A stretch of DNA of 64,000 nucleotides from contig NC_043016.1 of NCBI RefSeq assembly GCF_006345805.1, positions 12,400,001-12,464,000 of the forward strand, written 5' to 3'. The DNA comes from Octopus sinensis (Eukaryota). The translations under genes and the position numbers were made by a program. The notes under the pieces were generated by a model. That model was given only the letters and a program-made list of their open reading frames with translations, was not told the origin of the DNA and did no database searches. Below, piece by piece: positions 38,388 through 49,763 of the stretch (the first letter of the stretch is position 1; every line of letters begins with the position of its first letter).

Positions 38388-39764
38388 CTGTGTTAAAATA
38401 AAACAATCAACTGAGTTAGAAACTGAAAATATTAAACTATGTTCTGAGTTCAAATTCCGCCGAGGTCGACTTTGCCTTTCATCCTTTCGGGGTCGATAAA
38501 TTAAGTACCAGTCACGCACTGAGGTCGAATTAATCGACTTAATCCGTTTGTCTGTCCTTGTTTGTCCCCTCTATGTTTAGCCCCTTGTGGGTAATAAATA
38601 AAAAAAAAAAAATTTTTTTAATTATTATTATTATTATTATTATAAAAGAAACCCCTTTGCTATGTTCTGAGTTCAAATTCCATCGAGATGGTTTTTTCTT
38701 TTTGTCATCCTTTCAGGGTCGATAAATTAAGTACAAGTAATAGATACATCCCCTCCCCCAAAATGTTTGCCCCTGTGGCAAATTTTGAAACCATTATAAT
38801 AAAAGAAACCATTGCTATCTATTGCTAAGGCAAGCTGGCAGAAGTCAAATTTGCCCCACCCCCTGTCGTCGTCATCATCATCATCGTTTAATGTCTGCTT
38901 TCCATGCTGGCATGGGTTTGACTGAGGTCTGAAGAGCCAGCAGCTGCACAAGGCTGTAATCCGATCTGGTAATGTTTCTACCGATGGATGCCCTTCCTAA
39001 TGCCAACTACTCTGAGAGTGTAGTGACTGCTTTTTATGTGCCACCAGCATGAGGGCAAGTCAGTGGGTACTGGCATCAGCTTTGGGGGCAGTGTCGATGT
39101 CCCCTCATCCAAAATTTCAGGCCTAGTGCCTTTAGAAGAAAGGACTATTATTATTGTTTCTCTTTATCACAAGCTTTGTTGTATCTCCTGGAGTCTTGCA
39201 TGCAAAGCAGGCTTGCTGCCAGTAGCCTACGGTACCATGCTATCTGTTCTTTTCAGCTATCTAATACTTTCCTGATTATTCTAGCCATGTCAAGGAGGCA
39301 AACCTTTTGTAACAGTTCTACTTGGCACTCTATTCCAATTTCCTTTATATTTGATGCCTTCTGGTGCTATACCCAAGGACTCAACAATAATGGACACCAT
39401 CTTCACCTTCATTTTCCATAGCCGGGCTATTTCGTATTTTGGCATGGATAGACAAGCCAGAGACCTGTGCCGAGTTCCAGTGACTGCTTCGGCATAGTTT
39501 CTATAGTTGGATGTCCTTCAAAGCAACAACAACCAAATCACAGAATGTACTGGGTGCTTTTCCTTGTGGCACCAGCACTGGTGAGGTCACCAAGCATCCA
39601 CAAGAGAAGACCCCTTAACTGAGTGGGCTTTGGTGTTGAAGTGGGTGAAAATAAATTAGGGGGGACAGGAACAGGTGTCTTGCTGAAGAAGTGAACCAAC
39701 CAGGAAGAGAGAGAGAGAGACTGTGAGATGGTGAGGAAATGCTTTCAAGGTATAAGGGGGAGAA

Positions 39765-39768
<4 letters not shown>

Positions 39769-39833
<65 letters not shown>
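39769..39833. repeat. (AG)n microsatellite
   Basis: direct reading. Confidence 0.95.
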
Positions 39834-39835
<2 letters not shown>

Positions 39836-39861
39836 AGGGATAGAGAAGCAGAAAAATTGGT

Positions 39862-39940
39862 ACATATTCTAAAAAAATTGGAATGATACAGAGAAGATTA
39901 GCTTGGCCCCTGCGCAAGGATGACACACAGATTCGTGAAG
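39862..39940 (+). pseudogene. U6: U6 snRNA retropseudogene, truncated at both ends and fused to a SINE
   Basis: acatattctaaaaaaattggaatgatACAGAGAagattagcttggcccctgcgcaaggatgacacacagattcgtgaag matches U6 nt ~18-95 including the ACAGAGA box; 5' stem-loop and 3' oligo-U are absent. Confidence 0.93.
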
Positions 39941-40152
39941 TGGTGAGCTGGCAGAAATGTTAGCATGCTGGGCAAAATGCCTAGCGGTATTTCGTCTGTC
40001 TTTACGTTGAGTTCAAATTCTGCCGAGGTCGACTTTGCCTTTCATCCTCTCGGTGTTGATAAATAAAGCACCAGTTACCCACCGGGGTTGATGTAATCGA
40101 CTTAATCCCTTTGTCTGTCCTTGTTTGTTTCCTCTATGTTTAGCCCCTTGTG
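39941..40152 (+). mobile_element. SINE family B fused downstream of the U6 fragment
   Basis: family-B body and tail gccccttgtgggcaataaagaaataag; more partial copies near 17850, 38430, 43590 and 46590. Confidence 0.88.
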
Positions 40153-40468
40153 GGCAATAAAGAAATAAGAAAAGGTGGGTGGGTAGGTAAGTGTACCAGG
40201 GTGTGAAAATTGTGCAAAACATGCAAAAGGAGGCATTTGCAAAATGCCATTCAGTGAAAGGTGAGATAAGGAAAGGTTAAGAACCATTGTTCTAAAGAGA
40301 CACCTTTCAAACAACAACAACAAAAACAATAGTAATAAACTCAACATATCAACAACAGCAGTAACAACAATAACAACAGTGGCAGCAGCAACAGCAACAA
40401 CAATTAAAACAACAGACAGACCAACAGCAGAAGCAACAATTACACAAATCTAAAAAGACAGCAGAGAC

Positions 40469-40587
40469 CTGTTTTCCTTTCACTGTTTGAGTTCAAGTTA
40501 TCGTTGGATATATTTAAATCTTGCAAGACTGGTTCATCTCCATGTCCCTGTATTATTCCATCTCCATGTCCCTGTTCGTCATCAGAC
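40469..40587 (-). CDS. Exon (SDDEQGHGDGIIQGHGDEPVLQDLNISNDNLNSNSERKT); donor ambiguous (40469 or 40484)
   Basis: ttttAG acceptor, phase-2 start as required; two phase-1 donors (GTctct, GTgaaa). Confidence 0.68.
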
Positions 40588-41759
40588 CTAAAAATTGAAT
40601 TCAACATTTGTTGAAAATGTTTCCACATTTATGAAATGAAATAAGTTATTGTATTCACAATGTTTAGTAAATAGAAACCTGAATTTAAAAAAATGAAAGA
40701 AAAGAGATTTTAAAAAAAAAATGGGAAAAATTCCTATTTTTGATTTTTTAATACTCAATCATCATCATCATCATCATCATCATTTAACATTTGTTTTCCA
40801 TGCTGGCATGGGTTGGATGGTTTGACTGAAAACTGGTAAGCTGGGGAGCTGCACCAGGTTCCAATCTGATTTGGCATGGTTTCTACAGCTGGATGCCCTT
40901 CCTAATGCCAACCACTCCAGGAGTGTAGCGGGTGCTTTTTATGTGCCACTGGCACGGGTGCCAGTTACAAAACACCAACAATGGTCATGAATGAGATCTC
41001 ACTTGGCTTAAGAAGTCTTCTGAAGCACAGTATATCGCCAAAGGTCTCTGTCACCTGTCACTGCCTCTGTGAGGTCCAAAATTCGAAGGGTACTTTTTAT
41101 GTGCCACTTGTATAGGTACCAGTTAATATTAGCATGCCAGGCATTTCATCCATCTGTATGTTCTGGATTCAAATTCTGCTGAGGTCGACTTTGCCTTTCA
41201 TCCTTTTGGGAATGATAAAATAAATACCAGTTGAGGACTGGTGTTTATGTAATTGACTTACACCTCCCCCGAAATTGCTGGCTTAGTGCCAAAATTTGCA
41301 ACTACTATTATATTAAGATCTTTGATACAAATCTACTTGAGAAAGCTGCTGGTTCCATGATAGAAGCTTCTTATTTTGACCCTTGCTTCAATATCAGTAA
41401 TGTTGTATTGATGCAGTATTTCACAGTTTCTAATATTACCTTGCCACTCAATATAGGGCTGAGAGAACAACTGACTCATAGACATCAATTTTCACCTTGA
41501 AACACACATCATGAGTGTTCCAAAGTTGATGATGAAGCTGACTGAATGCTGAGCCAAGCCTTGGCTATTCCAGATTCAATATCATCATAAGCATTTAGCA
41601 TCTGCTTTCCATGCTGGCATGGGTTGGACGGTTTGACCGAAACTGGTAAGCCAAAGAACTGCACCAGGTTCCAGTCTGATTTGGCTTGGTTTCTACAGCT
41701 GGATATAATGAATGATGTTAAGCATTTTCTTAGGTATACCAAGTTTGGTTAGAACTTTC

Positions 41760-42900
41760 CAGAGAGCCCCCACTAAATGCAGAGTCAAATACTTTGGTGA
41801 GCTCTACAAAAGCAATGTAGAATTCGTTGTGTTTTCTAGCTTTTTCTTGTACCTGCCTTAAACTGAAGATGATGTCGAATGTGCCATTACCAGATTGAAA
41901 ACCACGTTAAGTTTTTGGTAACACTGACTCTGAAAGAGGAATATCGAAACTGTTGAGAATCCCTTATGCAAGAATCTTACCAACCACGGGAGACAAAATA
42001 CTCTTCAGTGGTTGTCACATTCACACCTGTTTCCTTTGTGTTTGTAATGGTAGATGATGGAGGTGCAATGGCCCAGTGGTTAGGGCAGCGGACTCGCGGT
42101 CATAGGATCGCGGTTTCGATTCCCAGACCGGGCGTTGTGAGTGTTTATTGAGCGAAAACACCTAAAAGCTTCACGAGGCTTCGGCAGGGGATGGTGGTGA
42201 TCCCTGCTGTACTCTTTCACCACAACTTTCTCTCACTCTTTCTTCCTGTTTCTGTTGTACCTGTATTTTAAAGGGCTGGCCTTGTCACTCTCTGTGTCAC
42301 GCTGAATATCCCTGAGAACTACGTTAAGGGTACACGTGTCTGTGGAGTGCTCAGCCACTTACACGTTAATTTCACGAGCAGGCTGTTCCGTTGATTCGGA
42401 TCAACCGGAACCCTCATCGTCGTAACCGACGGAGTGCTTCCAATGGTAGATGATGGATGCAGACTTGAATTGTTGAGGGACTGATCCCTTGTCCTACATT
42501 AGATTTAGGAATTCACATAGCTTGCTGATCAAACCATTACTACCCCACTTATAGATTTCAACTGGGATGCCATCATTTCATGGAACTTTACTGTTTGAGA
42601 GTTGCTTGATCCGTTTTAAAAAATTTCCTTGATGGTAAGCTTTGCTAAAAAGGATTTGATGGCTGGTCATTGGAGGAAGATTATTGATTACTTCATTCCT
42701 TACATTTGATTTCCTATTTCAGAAATAAGAAAAATATTCTGACCAACGTTCAATGATATTGTTTACATATGTCAGTTTGAACTTCAGTTGGTTGATATCA
42801 GTAGAGAAAAATCCGAGGAAGACTGGAAATTGCAGAGGAATTAATAATTGGGACAGTGTCTGGTAAAGAGTCAATCGAATGACACAAAGATGGTGCACAA
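41760..42900 (-). mobile_element. Second, older RTE-clade LINE RT fragment, interrupted by a SINE D
   Basis: minus-strand IIERWSEYF, DGIPVEIYKWG, KGSVPQQFKSASIIY|HYKHKGNRCECDNH with stops and frameshifts. Confidence 0.75.
42059..42441 (+). mobile_element. SINE family D inserted into an RTE LINE, 13-bp TSD AATGGTAGATGAT
   Basis: TSD 42046-42058 and 42442-42454; LINE RT frame continues across the insertion. Confidence 0.9.
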
Positions 42901-43000
42901 CCAACTAGCTAATTCAGAGAAACAGAGGCCATTGCACTAGGGGTGGGGGGTGGGAGGAGGTTAGAGGATTCAGGAGAGAAGAAACAGATAGATAACTTAC

Positions 43001-43085
43001 TTTATGTATTTTGTTCTGTCCCCTTCTTCACCTGATAAATTGGAAATATCCAATCCAGGAAGAGGGATACCCACATCTCTATGGT
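43001..43085 (-). CDS. Exon (DHRDVGIPLPGLDISNLSGEEGDRTKYIK)
   Basis: ttttcttgttgcAG/GTaagt, 85 nt, phase 1-2. Confidence 0.8.
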
Positions 43086-44350
43086 CTGCAACAAGAAAAA
43101 AAATAGAAAAGGAATTGCAGTAAAAAAATGCAAGTGAGGGCATGGTGCAAGTTGTGACCAATCATTGGCTGACAGTGGATGACATAAACTGTTGGACACA
43201 AGAGAAAATACTTTTGGGTTGGATTTTTTGCTACTGGATCCCTGCACTCTGGGTTCAAGTCCTATCAAGACAACTACACTAGTACCAGTGCATGAAAGAA
43301 TCAGCCAATACACTGTGTAAAGTGGTTGGAGAAATGAGTGTGGGTAACATGAACTTGAGAGGGTACTTTAGTCTTACAGAGGACATGGCAACCCTTCTAA
43401 TGCTGGTGCCATGAAAAACACACCAGTATACCCTACAAGGGTTAGGAATGGCATTCAGCTAGAAATATTTAAGTAACACAGGGTCCTCCAGCCTGTCAGA
43501 TCTTGTTGGACCATTCAACACATGCTGCTGTTGTTGTTATTATTATTATTATTGTTATTATTATTATTATTATTATTACTATTATTATTAAAGTGGTAAG
43601 CTAGCAGAATCGTTACCACATCAGGCAAAATGCTTAGTGGCATTTCGTTCATCTTTATGTTCTGAGTTCAAATTCCACTGAGGTCAACTTTGCCTTCCAT
43701 CCTTTTGAAATCAATAAATTAAGTACCAGTGAAAGACTGGGGTTGATGTAATTGACTAATCCCCTCCCACCAAATTTCGGGTGTGGTGCCTTTTGTAGAA
43801 AGGGTCGTTGGTTGTGGCAGTGCCGCCACCACCACCACCAACACCATTGTGTTCATGCTGAAATATCAAGAGGTGCAGAAGTGGCTGTGTGGTATGTAGC
43901 TCATTTACCAACCACATGCATGGCACCTAGGTCAACTGTCTTCTACTATAGCTTCGGGCTGACCAAAGCCTTGTGAGTGGATTTGGTAGACAGAAGCCCA
44001 TTGTATATAAGATGTGTGTGCATGTGTGTTTGTCCCCCACCATCGCTTAACAACAGATGTTGGTGTATTTACATTCCCGTAACTTAGCGGTTCGGCAAAA
44101 GAGATCCGACAGAATAAGTACCAGGCTTACAAAGAATAAGTCCTGGGGTTGAATTGTTCAACTAAAGACGGTGCTCCAGCATGGTCGCAGTCAAATGACT
44201 GAAACAAGTGCAAAAATAAAAAAAATTAAAAAGGTATTTATGAGTGAGAGTTATTAGCTGTGTTAAGCCAAACCAAGGGATTATCTATTCAAGAGACAAG
44301 GATGTTTGCTTTATTTCATGGAGAATACTGACTGTGATTGTACAACTCAC

Positions 44351-44455
44351 CTTTTCTGCGAGCTGATTGGTAAAGCTTTTTACGAGGTGTTGATGACAAA
44401 GTTTTCAGAGACTGACAGTCAGGTGTTAAAACATCATCAAAGTCTGAGTTGGAGT
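44351..44455 (-). CDS. Exon (DSNSDFDDVLTPDCQSLKTLSSTPRKKLYQSARRK)
   Basis: (TC)n-atAG/GTgagt, 105 nt, phase 1-1, open. Confidence 0.8.
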
Positions 44456-44482
44456 CTATAGAGAGAGAGAGAGAAAATGGTC

Positions 44483-44529
<47 letters not shown>

Positions 44530-44624
44530 GGGAAAGTTTACGAAAATAAACAAAAGACGAAGGCAGGTGGAGTACAAACAAACAAATGTATTAGTATAGC
44601 GCTCAGGAATAGAAATAGAAAAAG

Positions 44625-44662
44625 TCTTTTACGTTTCAAGCCTACGCTCTTCGACAGAAAGA
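44625..44662 (-). ncRNA. Minimal hammerhead-like motif with variant core CUGUCGA
   Basis: minus strand tcttt-CTGTCGA-a-GAGC-gtag-GCTT-GAAA-CGT-A-aaaga. Confidence 0.45.
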
Positions 44663-45442
44663 TACACAGAAAAGAAACAAGGAGAGAAAAAAATGTCTAT
44701 ATACACACACACACAAATAACATCTACAATTGCTGGAAATAAGAGCTAAAAAATATAACTTTATTTTATCCAGTTTCAGCTCACAAGGTGTGGCCATGCT
44801 GGGGCACATATATATAAATACAAGAAGACATAATGATAAATTAATGTATTACGATATATTAAATACATTATGATATAGGTGGCTAAAGCAATTAAAAACC
44901 AAAAAAGTAGAATGCATAAATAAGGGTGCAAATCATCATCATCATTTAGCGTCCGCTTTCCATGCTAGCATGGGTTGGACGGTTTAACTGGGGTCTGGGA
45001 AGCCGGAAGGCTTCATCAGGCCCAGTCAGATTTGGCAGTGTTTCTACGGCTGGATGCCCTTCCTAACGCCAACCACTCCGTGAGTGTAGTGGGTGCTTTT
45101 TACGTGCCACCTGCACAGGTGCCAGACAGAGCTGGCAAACGGCCACGAACAGATGGTGTTTTTTTCGTGCCACCGGCACGGGGGCCAGGCGAGGCTGGCA
45201 ACGGACACGAACGGATGACACCTACAATTGCTAGAAATAGGAGCTAAAGAATATAACTCAAATAGCCACACAAAATCAACCTGATGAGATGTTCAAGGGA
45301 CTGCGAAAGGTCTTTCAAATTACTTCATTCTGTGAGTTTCATCTCACTGGAGAAAGATGTGGCTTGCTACTCACAGTTCCTTGAACATTTCATGAGGCTG
45401 GTATTTGTGTGGCTATTGAGTTATATTCTTTAGCTCCTATTT

Positions 45443-45542
45443 NNNNNNNNNNNNNNNNNNNNNNNNNNNNNNNNNNNNNNNNNNNNNNNNNNNNNNNNNN
45501 NNNNNNNNNNNNNNNNNNNNNNNNNNNNNNNNNNNNNNNNNN
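45443..45542. other. Assembly gap (100 N)
   Basis: run of N. Confidence 1.
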
Positions 45543-45554
45543 AGAGAGAAAGAA

Positions 45555-45636
<82 letters not shown>

Positions 45637-45640
45637 AGAA
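45543..45640. repeat. (AAAG)n microsatellite
   Basis: direct reading; follows the gap. Confidence 0.95.
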
Positions 45641-46511
45641 AAAAAAAACAGAAGTGAAATGAAACTACAAAATTGACGAAGCTTGTTGATCACAACAGTA
45701 ATAAGATTTTGAAAAAAAAAAAGAACAAAAACAAAGTGATGATAAACAATAAAAGATGCTTTGAAAAGGCCTTCCCTCACAAGTGTAAACTGGTGCAGAT
45801 AAGAAATCAGAGGCAGCCACTGACTGGAAGGTGGGGGACATAGGTTGCATTATGTGCCCATAGGAAGAGAAAGAGAGGGCGAGAGAATAAATATTGTATC
45901 TAAATGACTGGTAGATGAGGTGGGGGGGGGTATAAATCACCACACAGCCACAAAGGGTCTGTGGCATATCTCCTAATAGATGAGCCTGGCGATACACCCA
46001 GTACACACATACAAATGCATAGATACACACCGATACACACACATATACACATACACATTCATAAATATATGTATCATCATCATCATCATCATTGTTTAAT
46101 GTCCGTTTTCCATGCTAGCATGGGTTGGACGGTTCAACCGGGGTCTGGGAAGCCAGGGGTTGCACCAGGCTCCAGTCTGATCTGGCAGAGTTTCTACAGC
46201 TGGATGCCCTTCCTAACGCCAACCACTCCGCGAGTGTAGTGGGTGCTTTTTACGTGCCACCTGCACAGGTGCCAGGGGGGGTCCGGCATCGGCCATGATC
46301 GGTTGGAGATTTTAACGTGCCACTGGCACAGAAGCCAGCCCAGGTGGCGCTGGCAATGGCCACATTCGAATGGTGCTTTTTATGTGCCACCGGTACAGAA
46401 AAAAAAGAAAAAAAAAGCACCATCCGAACGTGGCGTTGCCAGCGCCGCCTGGGCTGGCTTCCGTGCCGGTGGCACGTTAAAATCTCCAACCGATCGTGGC
46501 CGATGCCGATA

Positions 46512-47125
46512 CAGTAATCCCTTGCCATATTGTGGTTCACCTATTGCACCCTCAGTACATCATGGATTTTTCAGGCTAATATAGGTAAATTTATATCTAT
46601 TTCTTTATTGCCCACAGGGGGCTAAACACAGAGGGGACAAACAAGGACAAACGGATTAAGTTGATTATATCGACCCCAGTGCGTAACTGGTACTTAATTT
46701 ATCGACCCTGAAAGGATGAAATGGACTCCTCAGTATATCTGGGTTTCTGTGGCTGATTGGTGTTTATATTTTTTCAGATTTTAATTATTTCTGAGGTAAA
46801 ATAAGCATTTTCATGCCTAACAATTAATAAGTAAAAAATACAGTCACAGTACTGCACTGTATAACACATTAATTAAAATATATTAAAAGCAAATACTTAG
46901 TGTACCGTAGATAAGTAAACAAAGAATCACACATACTGTATGAGAAAAGAAACTTGGGAGGTGGGTGTGTGGTGGTGTTTGGTATTTATAATAAAATAAA
47001 TACATACAAATTATAAAAATAATAATAAAAAATTTACAGTACAGAACTGTTTCTACTTTGTGAATTTTCAACAATCATGTGGGTGGGGTTGAAACATAAC
47101 ACCCGTGATAGTTGAGGGATTACTG
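46512..47125. mobile_element. Tigger/pogo-like MITE with TA target duplication, carrying a nested SINE B fragment
   Basis: TA|CAGTAATCCCT...AGGGATTACTG|TA. Confidence 0.75.
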
Positions 47126-48162
47126 TACACACATAGACATTCATATATAAAAACATAAATAATCATACACAAACACATACATATGCATACATACACACAA
47201 ACACATGTCCTTTGTGTTCATTCCCATCTCCAACCTACTGCACACAATCTATTCTCAATTGACAAACCTCCCCCCCCACAACCCAGCTTCCAGACACCAC
47301 CTTACCCCTCACCCACGTCTGCCACCCACTGCATTCCCCTCCATTGTCTCTCATGGACCTGCCTGCACACTATAAGCCATCGTTGAATTTCTTCCCCCAC
47401 AGCATATCCTTCCAATACCCACTACCCCTGCTACTCTAGCTGTGCCCACACATCATGCTCCACCCCCACCTATCTACCACTCTCCTTTTGCAATCTCATA
47501 AGCCCACCCACCAACTCTCCCTCTTCAATAACCAGTCCACTCACCCCACTCCTACCCACCATATCTTCACCATTTTCTCTCTCCCCACTCCCCTGTGAAG
47601 TAGCCATGATTTCTCCTCTAATGCAAGACCCATTTTGCTCTCCCTCAATACTACTCCTCACCTCAGTTGAAGGGATCTTATTTTGCAAGTTACATGGCAA
47701 CCTCACAAGTGCTGGTGCCACATAAAAAGCACCCAGTACACTCTGTAAAGTGGTTGGCGTTAGGAAGGACGTCCAGCTGTAGAACCATGTCAGAGAGCAG
47801 AGTTTGGTGCAGTCATCTGGCTTTTCAGTTCCTGTCAAACCATCTGGGTTCAGACCCACTGTGTGGCACCTTGGGCAAGTATCTTCAACTACATCCTCAA
47901 ACCAACCAAAGCCTTGTGAGTGCATTTGGAAGATGGAAACTGAAAGAAGTTGTTATATACCATGATGATGATCATCATCATTTTATGTTCATTTACCATG
48001 GAAGTGTGAGTTGGGAGGTTTGACAGGAAATGTCAAGTAAGAAGACGGCACCAATCCCTGCTATCTGCTTTGGCTTGGTTTCTTACAGATGGATGTCCTT
48101 CCTAATGCCAACCACTGTACAGAGTGTACTGGGTGCTTATTATGTAGTACAGCCAAGAAAAA

Positions 48163-48411
48163 GAGTTGCCATGAACTCACTGTGATGAGTGGGAAATCCA
48201 GTGTTTTGGACAATGTCCTTCCTTCTTCAGAGAAAAGTTGAAAAGAGGAAAATTAATGAGGCACAGCAGAGTTTTACATTTACTGACTGCAAATTAGAGG
48301 ATGCACAACTGCTGTGTCTCATTAATTTCGCTCTTTTCAACCTTTCCCTGAAAAAGGACATTGTCCAAAACGTTGGATTTTCCACTCTTCACGGCAAGTT
48401 CATGGCAACTC
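48163..48411. mobile_element. Palindromic fold-back/MITE-like element
   Basis: gagttgccatgaact...ttaatgaggcacagcag and ctgctgtgtctcattaa...agttcatggcaactc are imperfect reverse complements over ~105 bp. Confidence 0.7.
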
Positions 48412-48987
48412 ATTTTATTAATTTTACCATGTAATAGAAATTTTGATGATACGGACCAACACCAACCTGCTTGGAGTCTGTCTGATCAAGTGTGACCATG
48501 TGTGTATGTGTGTCTGTGAGTGTGGGTGTGTGTGGGTGCATGTGTGTGTGTCTGTGAGAGTGTGTGTGTCTAAGTATGTGCATGTGTATGTGTGTGGGTG
48601 TGTGTCTGTCTGTGAATATGTGTATGCATGTGTGCCTGTGAGTGTGTGTGCATGTATGCTTGTCAGCATGTGTGTGTGTGTGTCTCTGTGAGCATGTGTA
48701 TCTGTGAGTATGTGCATGTGTGTATGAGCATGTGTGTGTATGTGTGTTTGCTGCCCCCCCCCACCATTACTTGACAAATAGTATTGGTTTGTTTACATCC
48801 TTGTAACTTAGCAGTTCAGTAAAATGGACCAATAAACTAAGTAGCTAACTTAAAAAATAAGTGTTGGGGTCGATTAGTTTGAGTAAAAACCCTTCAAGGT
48901 GGTGCCCCAGCATGGCCACATTTCAATAACTGAAACAAATAAAAGATAGAAGATAGCAAACAAAACTAGTCAAATATTTCCAATTAC

Positions 48988-49099
48988 CTTTTTCTGCTAG
49001 CATCAAATTTGTCTGTAGTTCAGAATTCTTTAAATTGAGATCTTTGATCTGTTGAGATTGACTTGTGGTTTTTAGAAATAATTCTTTGTTTTTATTCAT
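48988..49099 (-). CDS. Coiled-coil gene exon (MNKNKELFLKTTSQSQQIKDLNLKNSELQTNLMLAEK)
   Basis: tttctttgcAG/GTaatt, 112 nt, phase 0-1; ORF 48923..49105. Confidence 0.85.
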
Positions 49100-49453
49100 C
49101 TGCAAAGAAACAAAACAACAATCACATCGGTTCTTAAAGATTCATTAATATTGGTTCCAAATTATGCCACAAGGGCAGCAATTTTGCAGGAGGGATTTAG
49201 TTGATTACAATGACCCCAGTGTTCAATTGGTACTTATTTTATCTACCCTGGAAAAATAAAAGGTAAACATGACCTCAGTGGAATTTGAACTCAGAATGTA
49301 AAGATGGAGGAAATGCTGCCAGTTCATTGCCTTAAAAGATTCATTAATATTAGTTTCTAAAATGGAAAAAAAAAACCTAATTATTTATTATTTTTTTGTG
49401 AGAGGTTGGGCATAGTGAGTTCAGAAATATAAAATAAAAGGGTAAAAAGTAAA

Positions 49454-49763
49454 GACCCCCTTCGGTCATGAATGACCATAGGAATGCACTAAAAAGTTCC
49501 CCTCTGAAGCACTAGCCTGGGCAAGGTTGTTGATGCATACCAGCCTCCTCTCTCCACATCACCGTTGTTATCCAAGAGAAAAGCAAAGCCTGATACAGCT
49601 TGGCACCTGTGATGTCGCAACTCATTTCTACAGCTGAATGAACTGGAGCAACGTGAAATAAAGTGTCTTGCTCAAGAACACAACACACAGCCTGGTCTGG
49701 GAATCAAACTCACTACCTCCTGAGCGTGAGCCTGATACTCTAACCACTGATCATGTGCCTTCA
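49454..49763 (-). mobile_element. tRNA-derived SINE with a CORE-like central segment
   Basis: minus-strand head cagtggttagagtatcagg...gagtttgattccc followed by gtgttcttgagcaagacacttt...ttgctccagt. Confidence 0.65.

Noticed and set aside
45283-45320. CTGATGA...GAAA resembling a hammerhead
   Set aside because: Stem II does not pair and no valid stem III/UH follows; it is one arm of a DNA hairpin.
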